A stretch of DNA of 64,000 nucleotides from Chiloscyllium plagiosum (GCF_004010195.1 NC_057719.1:51188608-51252607), one strand, 5' to 3'. Shown: positions 26,400 to 39,518, numbered from the stretch's first letter. Numbers and translations: made by a program. The notes: generated by a model from the letters alone, not told the origin.

Positions 26400-27262
26400 A
26401 ACAGAAATTGTCTCCAATTAACTATTGGGAAGACCAAAGCCAATGTTTTCTGACTTTACTGAAATCTATCCCTGTCTGAGTATAAGCCTGACAGCCCCAA
26501 GAAGAGCTCCTGACCACATATCTGCACCATCATTATGACTGCCTATTTCTGCCTCCCTAACATTGGCACTTTCTGCTCTTGCCACAGTTTTTCTGATGAT
26601 GAAACCCACACCTATGCCTTTGCTATCTTCAGGCTTGTCTATACTTTGGAACTCCTTCCTGCTTATCCATAGTCTACAGTCTAAATCTGAAGCCATTCAA
26701 AATTCTACTGTACATATTCCAACCAAGTCCTGTTCCTCCATAATCACCAGATACCTTTTTGCTTGCTTGGTCCATACAATTACTTCTGGCTAAATAATGC
26801 CTTACGTTTAAAGTTCTCAGTTAATTTCAATTCCCTCAATGGTCTCTTACCTCATTGCAGAGTCCACTGGGTTGAGTATGATATTAGCACATCTGGTGCC
26901 TAAATTGAGCGGGAAGGCGAGTAGTCCTATTAGATTAATTTGGAGGTTGTTTTTTTAAAAACAAATGTTCAAGGTATGTGGGCAATTAATTTTCTATCAC
27001 ATTGCTATTGGTCTGTAGTCAAATGTAGGTCAGACCAGGCAAGGACAACAGACTTGCTTCCTTGAAGGTTACTTGGGATTATCTGAGATGGAAAGCCTCG
27101 GTTATGGGGAGAGGCTGAATTGACTGGGTTTGTTTGCCCTGGTGCAGGGGAGGCTGAGGAGGCACTTAATTGAAGTATAAAAAGTTGCACTCATATGCAC
27201 CATCCGCCTTCATGAGCCCATTGCTTCCATCTATGTAACTCTCTCCAGTCCTACAACCCTCA
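26400..27262 (+). mobile_element. Old L2-like LINE 3' region interrupted by an inverted insertion
   Basis: Resembles the L2 RT C-terminus (gatgaaacccacacctatgcctttgctatcttcaggcttg). It breaks off at about 26855 and resumes at about 27225 (ctatgtaactctctccagtcctacaaccctc). Confidence 0.55.
26861..27186. repeat. Inverted duplicate of 27964-28288
   Basis: The reverse complement aligns over about 325 bp at roughly 85-90% identity by eye, including the CR1/SINE junction. Confidence 0.9.
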
Positions 27263-27644
27263 AACTGAGGGAAATAGCTGTCATGTTACTGGGCACTGTT
27301 ACCTTGACTAAATATCCAACGACAGGAGTTTATATCCCACCATGATAGCTGGGAAATTTAAATTCCATTAATAATATGATTGAGAATAAAACATTAATAA
27401 AAAGTCTGAGTTGTGAAAAAATCTGGTTCATTAATGCCCTATAAGGAAAGAAATTTGTCAGCAATACCCAGTCTTACGTGCATGTAACTCCAGTTTCCTT
27501 ATCAGTGTGGTTAACCCTGATATGTGGGAGTCAGTGGTAGAGTAGTAATGTTATTAGAATAGCAACCCAGAAGCCCAGGCTAAAGATCAGAGATTCAAAA
27601 CCCACCATGGTAAATGGCCTAATGGTTGTCTTGTCACTGAAGTA

Positions 27645-28065
27645 TACATCATAGGAACAGGTTCTTTGGCTGACCAATGGCACCAAACTATACTAATTCC
27701 ATTTAACTGCACTTGGTCCATGATACTATGCCCTGGCATTTTGTGTACTCATCCAGGTGCTTCTTAAATGTTCCGAGAGTACCTACCTTCACCACCATCT
27801 TTGGCAGCATGTTCGATATTTCTGCCACCCTCTGGGTAAAAATAGTTTTCCTAAGATCCTCTCTAAACCACTTGCTCCTCAGCTTAAGTTTATGCCCTCT
27901 AGCCTGAGACATGTCTGCCATTGGGAAAAGATTCTCATGATCTACCCTATCTATGACCCTCATAACTTTTTCTACTTCAATTAAGTGCCTCCTCAGCCTC
28001 CCCTGCTCCAGGGAAAACAAACCCAGTCTACTCAGTCTCTCCTCATAACTCAGGCTTTCCATCTC
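27645..28065 (-). mobile_element. CR1 LINE 3' end
   Basis: Reads MESLSYEERLSRLGLFSLEQGRLRRHLIEV...FTQRVAEISNMLP. Confidence 0.9.
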
Positions 28066-28290
28066 AGATAATCCCAGGTGACCTTCAAGGAAGGAAGTCT
28101 GTTGTCCTGGCCTGGTCTGACCTACATTTGACTACAGACCCACAGCAATGTGATTGAAAATTAATTGCCCATGTTCCTTGAAAATTTGTTTAAATAAAAA
28201 CAACCTCCAAATGAATCGAAAAGGACTGCTCACCTTCCCGCTCGATGAGGCACTAGATGTGCTAATGTCACACTCTACCCAGTGGACTTT
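28066..28290 (+). mobile_element. SINE body fragment (related to 60250-60640)
   Basis: ttcaaggaaggaagtctgttgtcctggcctggtctgacctacatttgactacagacccacagcaatgtg matches the reverse complement of about 60360-60445. Confidence 0.6.
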
Positions 28291-28438
28291 GTAAAATTCT
28301 CCAGGCCAATATTTGGGCAAATGTTCCAAAGTTGGAAGAGCTGTCCCACATGCTATTCAAAGAAAGACATCTACTTGATCTCATCGTTGCTGATGCATCT
28401 GTTATGGCAGTATTGGCAGAAGTGACCACTGCAGAGTG

Positions 28439-29410
28439 TGATAGGTAGATGAAGGTGGGGGAAATGGTGATAAGTCATAGAGGAGGGTGGAGCAGATGCG
28501 TGGGAAGGAAGGTAGGACAGGTCATGAATTGGAAGTGGTGCTGAATTGGAAGGTTCAAACTGGGATAAGGTGGGGGGAGGGGAATTGAGGAAACTGATGA
28601 AATCCACATTAATCCCATGTGGTTGGAGGTCCCAACATTGCATCATCCTCTGCCATTTCCACCACCTACAAACGGACCCCACCACCAGAGATATATTTCC
28701 CTCCCCACCCCTATATGCATTCCGTATAGACTATTCCCTCCACCACTCACTTGTCAGGTCCACTCCCCCCACCAATCCACCCTCTCCTCCTGGCACCTTC
28801 CTTTGCCATCGCAGGAATTTCAAAACCTGTGCCCACACCTCCCCTCTCACCTTTGCCTAGGCCCCAAAAGAACCTTCCACATCCATGAGAGATTTACCTG
28901 CATTTCCACTCATGTCACTTACTGTATCCGTTGCTCCCGATGTGGTCTCCTTGACATTGGGGAGGTAAGATGCCTACTTACAGAAGACTTCAGAGAACAC
29001 CTCTGGGATCCACGCACAAAGCAGCCCCACTGCCCCGTGGCTGAATACTTTAACGCCCCCTCCCACTCTGCCAAGGACATGCAGGTGCTAGGCCTCCTTC
29101 ACCGTCAAAGCCTAACCACCCACCGTCTGGAGGAAGAATGCCTCATCTTCCACCTTGGGACCCTCCAAACCCATGGGATTAATGTGTATTTCACTAGTTT
29201 CCTCCATTCCTCTCCACCCACCTTATCCCCGATCCAACCTTCCAAATTGGCACTGCCCTCATGACCTGTCCTACCTGTCCATCTTTCTTCCCACCTATCT
29301 GCTCCTCCCTCCTCTCCGACCTATCACCATTTTCCCCGCCTTCATCTACCTATCAGACTCCCCGGTTCCCCCAGCCCCTCCCCCCCTCCCATCTCTCTAC
29401 CCCCTTAGCT
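28439..29410 (+). mobile_element. Neptune-type Penelope-like element, 5'-truncated, with a 5' inverted segment
   Basis: Zn-finger-like linker CHRRNFKTCAH and GIY-YIG domain FTCISTHVTYCIRCSRCGLLDIGE...FREHL...PVAEYFN...RLEEECLIFHLGTLQTHGINV. Bases 28439-28635 are an inverted copy of 29155-29355. Confidence 0.9.
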
Positions 29411-29549
29411 CTCAAGCAGCAAAATTATACTAACCACGGTCTGTAAACGCATGGTCAGGAAAATTTCTTATTCTACCATTGCCATTATTCAATGACCAGT
29501 GTAGTAGACCATGTCCTCAGCATTCGACACTGCCTTGTTGACTGGCCCA

Positions 29550-29787
29550 TTTGTGCAGAGCCCCCAGGTTGCTAGGATGATGCAGCACACTCTGTCCATA
29601 GCATACTAGAGGACCTCCCCAAACTGGTCCAAGCAGTGGAAATGCACCTTCAATATCATTATATTCTGCTTCACTGCGGTCCTAATGGAGGCACAAGTGA
29701 CATCAAACATGCATTCTGCATCCGTCAGGTGTTGTGCAATGCTGTTATGAGTCATGAGCACAGTAAATACCCCTTGTTCCCCAGAAA
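29550..29787 (-). pseudogene. PIF/Harbinger (HARBI1-like) DDE transposase remnant
   Basis: Reads FLGNKGYLLCS*LITALHN, then after a frameshift LTDAECMFDVTCASIRTAVKQNIMILKVHFHCLDQFGEVL*YAMDRVCCII. This matches the Harbinger pattern LLGDKGYPL..WLMTP...IEQ.IG.LK.RFRCLDRSGG.LQY.P..V..II. Confidence 0.8.
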
Positions 29788-29829
29788 CTGGCTTGCAAGA
29801 TCTGGACACTCTAATACCCAGATACACAA

Positions 29830-29901
29830 GAGGGTGGAATCAAACCCAGGTCCCTGGCTCTGTGAGGCAGCAGTGTTAACCACTGAGACACCGGGTCACC
29901 C
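29830..29901 (-). mobile_element. HE1-type SINE tRNA-like head
   Basis: Matches 61335-61403 and has A and B boxes on the minus strand. Confidence 0.7.
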
Positions 29902-30509
29902 AAGGCATGACAAAGACATGTTACAAATTGCCTTTGAACAGTATCTAACCCATCAACACCTTCACTCTGCATGCATACCAAATGGGCAGTGAAATGGCAG
30001 TGATTTAAATGTAGCTGTGCTTTGCATGTGGTGAAACCTTATTGCCTGCCTAACTGCCTGTCTGATACCCCTCAAAGCCTCCATGCTCCTTTTTAATATA
30101 CAGTACTGTGACAGCCATTTCCACTCACACCCTCATGAGGAGAATAACCACATTAAACTTCAGCTGTAACTGTCCTCCCTCCCCCCTCCCCACCACAAGA
30201 CCCAACAATACACTTCAATGATGTCCACCCTGCTCCTCCATGTTCCCATTTGGTACTGGTTACTGTCACTGAACCCCTCTCCCTGAACCTACCATGCCCT
30301 CTAATGTTGCTTGTCTAGTCCCTTTTACACCTTGATTTCTGCCCATCACTGCTCTTGTCCACATCTTTGCAAATGCTTCTCCCTTCCCTCCGTACACCAT
30401 GACCCCTTGACTCCTTCAGGCAGTGATCCCCCACTGCCCCTCTTGATCTCTTCCGTATGATCGACAGATGCCCAGCTCCATATTCACTCCCCCCCCCCAG
30501 AACTCTGAC

Positions 30510-30565
30510 CTGCTCCTCAGATGCTGCCTAACCTGCTGTGCTTTTCCAGCAACACACTCTCAACT
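30510..30565 (+). mobile_element. Short PLE tail fragment
   Basis: ctgctcctcagatgctgcctaacctgctgtgcttttccagca matches 48288-48329. Confidence 0.65.
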
Positions 30566-32402
30566 AAACAAGCGATCCCTGGACATGACAGACCAGACCC
30601 CTGACCATAATGGTAATTGATGGATTGGCATCTGCCAGTTGGCAATACCTGTGTATGAGGGGCATTTGCAACTGGTGCCCATGAATTGTACCATGAGCTG
30701 CAGTTTGATTGAATGCAACATGGAGATTATTTGGAGCAAATGATGAGTTGAATCTGCCAGATACACACTTTGGTTTTCAAGTCAAAATTTCTCATTATCC
30801 AGCTTGTTTAGTGAGCTTTATAAGAAAGAAAACTGAATATTAAAGGGTGAATGAGACCATTAACAAAGTATTTAACAAGCAATATTCCCTCCTAATTGGC
30901 AACTCACCACGGTGGGTGAGAAACCCACCGTGCCACTTATGAAAAGCATTAAATATGGTGTGAGATGATCCTGACATTGAGATCAGCCTCTCAGGATTTT
31001 TTGTCTGATTCTACCATATTGGAGGCCACATCATTCAGACTCTAATGAATTTCGGGCATGGATTTTTAACATAGGTTCATATTATGTTAATTACCAATCT
31101 TAGCATCTTCCTTTAGATAGTTCATAATGACTTTGAAAAGACATGTGGAGATGTGTACAGAGTGAAAGCTTCTTGTGAGGAAAGACTTCTTCAGTCTTAC
31201 ATTCTGCCACTTCAAAGCATAGGGTGAAGTTAAGGGCAGCAAAATCTAACTTTGATAGACGGTTCTGAAGATGGGTGCATATTCTCAGCTTTATGTCGTG
31301 TGCCAACTCTCTGTAGCCTGAGTTGCTTTAATCCAGTCAAATAATAAAGCATTTAGAAAGCATAGTTGATTACAGCCAGGACTTATATCCTAGTCAGATA
31401 TAATTATCCATTTCCCAGGGTCATGAGCACAAATTTTAAAAAGCTGAAGATTTGTATAATCCTAATTCGTTATGGCCTGGTAACTGTACATCAGTCAAAA
31501 TCAGAAAATTCTATTTACTTATTTAATCTTTTGATTGCTGGTAAGGGCAGAAGGCGGGGTGGGAAGAAGATTTGTAGAGCGTGGATTTGTTCATCAAAAT
31601 TAATAAGTCGTCTTCATTAATTAAATCATCTTTCCTACCTCGAACTACGGCATAAAATTCATAAGAAATGCTGTAGATTGGTGTTTTCGCTTTATGCTAA
31701 GTGCTGTCTTATACTAATGCGTTCCAAGCATTATTCTGGCTTATTTTCTTTATTCATTTTTCTGAAACAGGTAATAAGGGGCTGCCAGACTGTATGGCTC
31801 CAGACTGCAAAGCTTTGCTTCTAGCATCCTAGCTCATGAATGCAAAGCTGTCAGCGGGAGAATTGAGGAGCTGGAATCCATAAACAGCTGATGTGGATCT
31901 TTTTTCTTTAAGCTGTGACTTAAATGTGGTTTTTCTTTGAGATGAAAGGGACTGTGTCCCCTCTCTGTTGGCCTTGATCGCTGTGTTTCTAAAGTACAAA
32001 ATATCCACCACATTATTATTACAAATCTATTCCTGCTGGCTCTTAAAAAGCTTTTTTTTAATGGCTTTCAAAATCATTTTTTCTCAGCTCAATTTACAAT
32101 GAGCCATTCCAAGATTTCATACTCTCAGTGCAGGGAAACAGCACAAAGTGTAATAAGCAGGTGGGGGTGTATACACAAGGTAAAAGGTTGCTGGTCAGAA
32201 AGGAAGAATGATTGAGTATATATGAAATTTTAATGAAGCATTGGTACATCTTCCAAGGCATTCCGTGTTTTTCTTCATAAAATGAGCATTATCACCAAAC
32301 TGTGATGTGAAAAGTGGGATGTTAAGTAGATATAAAATTTGTAGGAAATCTTGTTGACATAGACTTTTAATACATTGTCGTGACATGCAAAATTGTGGTG
32401 AA

Positions 32403-32620
32403 GATGTGCGGGTTGGGATGGTTGGCCAGGCTAAATTGCCCATAGTATCCAGGGATGTGCAGGCTAGATGGATTAGCTATGGGAAATGCAGGGTTATAGG
32501 GATAGGGTCGGGGGTTGGGTCTGGGAGAGATGCTCTTTTGAGGGTCAGTGTGTAATTGATGGTCAAATGGCCTGCTTCCACACTGTAGGGATTCTACGAT
32601 TCTGTAATGATTCTATGAAT
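32403..32620 (+). mobile_element. HE1-type SINE 3' part with CR1-like tail
   Basis: Contains ggccaggctaaattgccc, then gatgtgcaggctagatggattagc, then aaatggcctgcttccacactgtagggattcta(c/t)ga repeats. Confidence 0.8.
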
Positions 32621-33854
32621 CTGTAATTTTACTTTCTTTTAGATTTTTACATTGATAACTTGCTATAACAATTTTCATCCCTTTCAATATTGAACTTTGG
32701 CGACCAGAAACAGATGATAAAAAAGTGATTGGGCTAACTCATTGTTATTTGTGCACAAAACCCACTGTGATTTAATGCAGAATCCCAGAATTTGCTGTTA
32801 GCTTCTTGAAAAAACTATCTATCTCTCTGTCTGACAGATTCCCTGTTCAAGTGCATTGAATAAATGAAGGTACCAAACCCATTGATCCTCTGAACCCCTT
32901 ACAATCCTGTACTAACTTTGCCTCATTTATATTACCTCATGTCCCTCACTGGTCCACATGACCCTTCATGTCCCACATGGCAGGTTATCTCTCTACCTGT
33001 CCCTCTATGGTCCCTCATGCTCCCAACAGATATTTCTCCAACCCACACTCCATGGACCCTCAAGTCTGACAGGCCAAGTTATGTCACTTCCATGACTATT
33101 GATAGACTCACTCTACACTGATTTGTAGCAAAGAATCCAATAATGACAATAGTGTGTATAGAAAAAATAATTCGAAAAGAAAGATTCATTAACTAAGTTC
33201 CAGGTTATCATACCTTTCAAAAGTATCAATTGCAAAAGACTGCAATCACTTGAACCTTCTTAGTCTTGTGTAAATTATCATTGATCAAAGATAAAAGAGG
33301 GACTAAGCTGTTAATCAAGCAATGTTTTCACTGGGGCTCTGCTGTTTCAATGGATTTCTAATCTCTCAGCCAAAAATGCATGGTGAGGCTTTCTGATCTA
33401 TGCAATATTTGAGTGGACGTGGTTGACATGGTGATATGATGACCCATGTGGGATGATGGAACATAATCTGAGGGGCATGAGGGTATATGATAGGGTGAGT
33501 AGTGGATATAACCATACATTGGAAGCATGAGGAGGACCTTTTGAACATACCATTCAGACCCCAGTATTGCCATTCACCACAAATATTTGAAAAGGTCATC
33601 AAACTCCAAGAAAATTGGAGGGAACTATTCAAGGAGTGTAGGATATAGCTTATGACCAAGCTAGCAAACTATCAGAAAGCCATTACAGAAAATTGAAAAT
33701 ACTGGGAATAGAGTCACGAATACAGATTAGAATTAGGTGAATCCAAAAGGATGAATGCTAAAATTCACGGATATGCAGATCAGTATCTGAATTGGTTGTG
33801 AAGTGTGGAAGATTGAATAGTAATGACAGACTATGTGTTATGAATATTACACAC

Positions 33855-34163
33855 TACCTATTGTTAGCCACTAACAGTCTCCACTAACAGTTATATACCC
33901 TCCTAGCTGGATTGTTATCCACTCCTTTGTCTGTCCAACTATTCTTCTCCTTCTTTGGGCTCTATCCCCATCTCTCATCCAGTCCTTACCCCTTTTACCC
34001 ACCCTATCCTCTGCATATAAACTGACATTTTCCTAGATACCGTCAATTCTGAGGAAGGGTCACTGGACGCAAAACATTAACTCTGATTTTTCTTCACAGA
34101 TGCTGCCAGACATGTTGAGCTTTTCCAGCAATTTCTGTTTTTGTTCTTGATTTACAGTATCTG
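33855..34163 (+). mobile_element. PLE pseudo-LTR with inactivated HHR (family of 18717-18958)
   Basis: A pyrimidine-rich body precedes CTGAGGA-A-GGGTC actg GACGC-AAAAC-ATTAACT (34049-34082), followed by the same tail as 18860-18958. Confidence 0.8.
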
Positions 34164-35299
34164 CAGTTCTTTTGGGTTTTATTCCATGGCATTTGGCATC
34201 AGACACATACTGGACTCACCATATCCTCATGGCACATCTCTGACTCAAATAGAATACAGTTCTTTACTTCAATGCTGCACTTTGGAACACAGTGGCACTT
34301 TGCATTTCAATTATGATGCCAGGTCACATTGCATACAGGGACAAATACGCATCTCATGGAATAGAAAGTGTGCAATCTGATCTCTTTGTTTGCTCTCTTA
34401 GCACTCACTCACTCTGCATCTACTTGGATGCTCCCAGCATCTTGTCCTGGCCTGCCTTTTTATGCTTTGTCACCTAATTCACAATTTATGGGCTCACAGT
34501 CCTATTTGTCTTGCCTTTAGGACAGACACAAAGCCAGGCAGCTTATCGTTGTTGTTAGTGGTGATCAGTCAAGGGGGTAGCCATTTTGCTTTATGGCACC
34601 ATTCTGCCTCAATGTCACCACTACAATATATGCCAGTAGTGTATCCAGAAAAAAACACTGCATGTGCGTCAACCAAATGCAATGCCTTAAAGTCTAAGTG
34701 GAGTAGTCATCAAGCAAGCCAAAGGGGACAGCCTTCAGTCATGTGGTAGTAGCACAGTAAGTCGGGGCATCATCGAATATCACTTCAGGGACTTCGATAT
34801 TGTCAGTTAGTCACTTGGCGTGCCCAGTGTCAAGATCTGTACTTTTATTAGACAAAGAGTGGGCCAAGGCCAGTTCAATCACTCACAGTGCATCTGTCGG
34901 GTTGCTGCACAGAGATCAATCTGGGTTTGGTCACTTATTGGTCAGAGCTGTCTCTCCAATTCAGACAGCAGGTGGGTCACAGTCAGTCCCAAGGATCTAT
35001 TCAGTGAATATCAAAGGGATTTATCAGGAGTCACTGCTCTGATGATGCGCTGGGGAGATAGAGTTGAAGGGATTGGAGGCAGCATGATGGAATGTAGAGG
35101 GGGTGTGATAATAATTGCGAAGTGGGCATCACAACATATAAAGGTATGAGATAATAGAACATGGGAAGGCTTGAGCAACAGATGGCTGAATTAGGGTAAT
35201 GATTAACAAGGTCCATGTCGAGGTATCCCACTGACCTCCTTAACTGGGGGCCTCCATATTCTAATGTCTGGAGGTTGCTCTTCAAATGTTACTTGTGTG

Positions 35300-37130
35300 T
35301 GCTGTGACTGCTGAATGATCACATAATTGAGAAGCTGCTTTGTTTCTGATATTGCTCACATAGGTTTATGGCTCATGGATGTTCTCCACAATGGACTCAG
35401 ACACAGAGGTTAATGTCATCCTTTTGGCCACTGCACCAAGGGTTGTATCACAAATACACCCAGGGCAAGCATCAACTTCCAGTAGATGTGAGGCTGACCC
35501 CTACTGTGGAGCGTCCAGGTAGACATACCCTCTTGGAGAGGCAAACATGCAGAAGAATCATAGTCACTTGTATTCCATGGAATGCTGTACAGATGAAAGA
35601 GGGGCAGTGACACTATAGTCTCAGCAGAGGTGAAGGTCAGATATCTGCAATGCTGCACTTTGTTCCGTTGGGTTCAAAGAGGGACATTGGATGGCCCCTC
35701 AACATCAGATTTCCATGTAGGTCATGCTTGGGACTTTGTACCAGCAGTCCAGGCAGAGTACGCTGCCTGATCCTCGAAATCTCTGCTTCAGACAACTGGA
35801 TGATGCACTAAAGGCTACGGGATAGATGATGGAAATCAATAAGAACATTGTGCTGTGTAAGAATATGAGGATGTTATTCAGAAGGAACAGCATTTTCAGC
35901 ATCCTTCAGTGCAAAGGCATCAGCCAAAGCTATGCAGACAGGACTTCATTGTGAGGGTTATTCAATGTAATTGAGTTGCATGATGTCATATTTCACAGAC
36001 TGTAAATGTTGTGATACTACAGAGGCCAACATCACCTGTACAGTTCCAATTGCAAATGCACCTTAACAGTTTGATCTTTCTATCCGGTTCATGATGTTTA
36101 ATAAAAATTAAGGTTACAAGCAGATGGAAGCCTTCACAACATCTGATGTCCCTCATTTAATCCTTATGGGAGCTAGGGAAAAGTATTGCTCTTTTGAAAA
36201 GATTTGTAGCTCGGGTTGAGGTTCTGGATGTAGGTTTTCTCTCTGAGCTGGAAGGTTCATTTCCAGACTTTTTGGCGCCCTACTAGGTGACATCTTCAGT
36301 GGGCCTCTCTCCATTAAAATGACATTCGCTCACATAACTGTTGATGAAAAGAGAACATACATTAAAAACGATGATAACATATTTACAATGAAGTGTTATC
36401 CATGTTAACTATGTGCCCTCATATTGTCTTTCTTTCTGTCTAATTACATCCAGGTGTAGTGCCAGTGTCTGTAGCTGGTGTAAAGGTAGCCAGCCTTGTG
36501 GTAGAGTCTATTGACCTTAGAGATTTGGTGGAATGACCTTGGGGCATTTGTTGCCTGATGGCCCAAACATCCTGAGTGTGTCCTGCCCAGATGCAAGCTC
36601 AATCTTCTTAACTTCTTCTCCCATAGCATTGAGGACAGCAGATATGGTGAAGGTGGAGGACCTGTCACCTCTGAATGTCCTAACAGGAAACTTCTGTGAT
36701 GGCTGTATGTGGTTCTTCCTTTGACTGTCACCCTACTTACACCATCCGATCTCTTTGTGAGGAAGGTGCACCTGGATTGAGGACAAGTTACATCATCCCC
36801 CTGTTGTCTGGCAGTTAGTGTTGAATGCCAATGGCTACAGCAATGGAGTGGAGATCTGGGCAAATCTACAGCAAATTCCAAATGCTCACATGTCATAGGC
36901 AGCATGGTACAGATAGCATTGTGCATCCCTCTAATCTTTGAGTCAATTTGCTCATTGCTTCAGAAAAATCTGCCTGCTGCTCCAATGTGGCTGCTGATGC
37001 ATTTGGATGAGGTTATGAATGCTCAACGTCATGGCGTCACCTCCTGGTTAGGGCTGAGCAGGTATATGCTTTTAATAGTTTATCTTCTTTCTCTATCTCA
37101 TGACATCTTAGTGTAGGCTCTGGTGCCATA
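35300..37130. mobile_element. Possible very old Harbinger-like element (convergent transposase and ORF2 remnants)
   Basis: On the + strand, RRIIVTCIPWNAVQ near 35550 resembles a transposase C-terminus. On the minus strand near 36930-36985, LEQQADFSEAMSKLTQRLE resembles the ORF2 coiled-coil. Both similarities are weak. Confidence 0.35.
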
Positions 37131-37439
37131 GAAGGAATGGAGGGGGTCAGCCCATCAATGGAGCCTATATGCCCTGGAGATTTGGTGAAGTGACCTTGGG
37201 AGGGTGATATTTGCATTTGGACAGGCCCGGCATGCCAAGGGTCTTCTTGTCCAAAGCAAGTTGTTTTGAGAACAGAGCATTGTACAATGGAAATCTGGGG
37301 TGAGAAACACTATAGGGGCAGCAGAGATAATTAATGTGCTGAGGTTGGTAAAGTAAGGTGAGAAAACCCGCTTGGTCTTGCCTGAAAACAAACCCTTTAA
37401 AAAACTCAATATAACTCAGATTTAGCCCTATATTCTTAA

Positions 37440-37960
37440 AGCATCATAACTTCCCGAAGCTTAAGGTTATCCACATGAAATCTTTTTACTCCCGCTACAA
37501 AGACTACAAAGTTGTTACTGATTTGATCCTCTTCCCTGGTCATAGTCTCCTGCTGAATCAGATGCCTTGAAACTTCAGCACTCTGATCTCTACTGAATTG
37601 TGGTTTAGACCCCATATCTTTCCAATACTAATGCCACTGACTTCATCTTCACAGCATATCCTCAGCTCATCCATTCCTGGTATCCTTCTATATATTTTGA
37701 GCATCTCAGGACTAAATATTCTAACATTTAAATTTTGAATTTCCTGTTTCTATCCTCTATGTATTACAACTTGATCAAACCTCCACTAGTTATATTCTCA
37801 CAGCATCAAGTTTAGTTTATCACAATCTCATCTTTGATGTTCTACACTCGTTCCCCATCTCCCAGCGCCTCATATGTAACATTCTTCTCATCTCTCAAAC
37901 CCTCACCTAATCCTCTTGCCTATTACCTCCTGCACCCTATATTTACTCGTAAATGATCTG
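37440..37960 (+). mobile_element. Old L2-like LINE 3' fragment
   Basis: ctccttcc-rich sequence with ctcctgctgaatcagatg...tttagaccccatatctttccaatactaatgccactgacttc, paralleling 26480-26560. Confidence 0.45.
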
Positions 37961-38354
37961 AGAAATGACTGCACTATGATTTCAAAACCATACTCTTCAT
38001 ATGTCACTTGTTTCTTGTTAAATCCTCTTAGACATTATGAATAATTGAGCTTTCAATATGCTATAGCTCTTGAACATTAACCTCAGCTGACTGACCCAAG
38101 GCAAAACATTCCATCCAAATACAAGACCCTGAATTAGTCTTGTGGAAGTTGAGTAAAACATAATTCAGATGAGAACTGCAAACCCTAAAAAACAGAATTA
38201 AATGTTTCATGTGGCTCCAATTCTAGCTGAAGGGTCAGTGGAAGCAACATTTTGTTTTTGTGCTTCTGTATTTAATAGTCCAATATTTTGATTCCACTGT
38301 CATCAGAGGTGCAGTGTTCACTTTCTGGTATATTCAGGATATAATTGATTGTGA

Positions 38355-39350
38355 TGTTACAATCCCTGCGGGGAAACTATAAACCATAATAACGAGGTTT
38401 ACTGAATAACCTCCAAATAAAGAAATTACCGGGAAGATTTTGCTGTTTTGTAACTTTTACTTTCACGTGAATCAGAGCTAGCATAAACTAAACATGAATT
38501 AGTTGGCAAATAATACATAAAATAAAAACATAAATTTGACCTTAAGTAGTCATTAGAACAAAAGTATGTCTTACAAAACCACAAGCATTCCCTTCAGCTT
38601 GTATGCATTACATAGCTACCCGATTCCACAATATGTTTTCTTTACTCGCAGAGGGCAGGCTGCGAGTCCTATCTCATAACAACTTTTACTCCCAAGCTTC
38701 ACGGGTGTGATTATCAAGAGTGCATCTCTATGAACTCTCTCTCTCTGTCTTGTGTCACAACAATCCTGATGGTGCAGTTTTCCCAGAAATCTACTTCACC
38801 AACCCACCACTGACATTTCAGTTCACAGTTTGGTTCTTCTGGTAAAACGCCCAGCTAATTAGCTTCTCTGAGCTGTTCAACCTGCGTTCTCGATATTAGA
38901 GCTTTGTAGCCAGCTCACACAGCACCACCAAAAGCTCTTGTTTCTGTTTCTGTTAGAGAGAAAAACTGAGATTTTTTTTCTTCTGTTCACAAGGATGTCA
39001 TGTGTTCCTCTTTTTGCCTCTATCCACTTTCTCTTTGTGTCTGCATCTATGTGCTGATTACCTCCAGCCTCCAGCTCACCTTTGCCATACAACTCCTCTT
39101 TCCATCAGTCTAAATGACTTCTGTCTTAATTTCCTTCAAGTTGGAATTCTTTAAAGAGTCACATTGGGTTCACACAGGCCCGTACTTTTATTATCAAAGA
39201 AAATGACAAATACAGTTTTTCCTTTGGAATTGATGCAGACTCTTAAAGATCCTTTGAAATATTCTTAAAATCAATACACATTCCACAGACAATTAAAAGA
39301 ACTTACTCATTTTCCTTCCTGTACTGCACTCCTGAGTAAACGTTATCACA
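38355..39350. mobile_element. Probable solo LTR (Gypsy-like)
   Basis: A ~1-kb block beginning TGTTACAA and ending TTATCACA, flanked by gtga/gtgg (4-bp TSD, one mismatch), with no coding remnants. Confidence 0.5.
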
Positions 39351-39518
39351 GTGGGAGTACAGCATGCCCAATAATCAATGATTGTCAGTGTAAAAGTCTG
39401 CAAACAAACCTCAGCCTCCATTTTGTTTTCTCTCACAGTTATTTTCTCGTTATTTCATTGGTACAGCATGGTTTGGGATGTAGAGGGTTGGAATTGAAAA
39501 GACTGTGGTGAGCGATGG

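Noticed and set aside
28617..29264. 215-aa ORF as a host gene
   Set aside because: It is a chimeric reading of a truncated PLE GIY-YIG region, and its start lies in the inverted segment.
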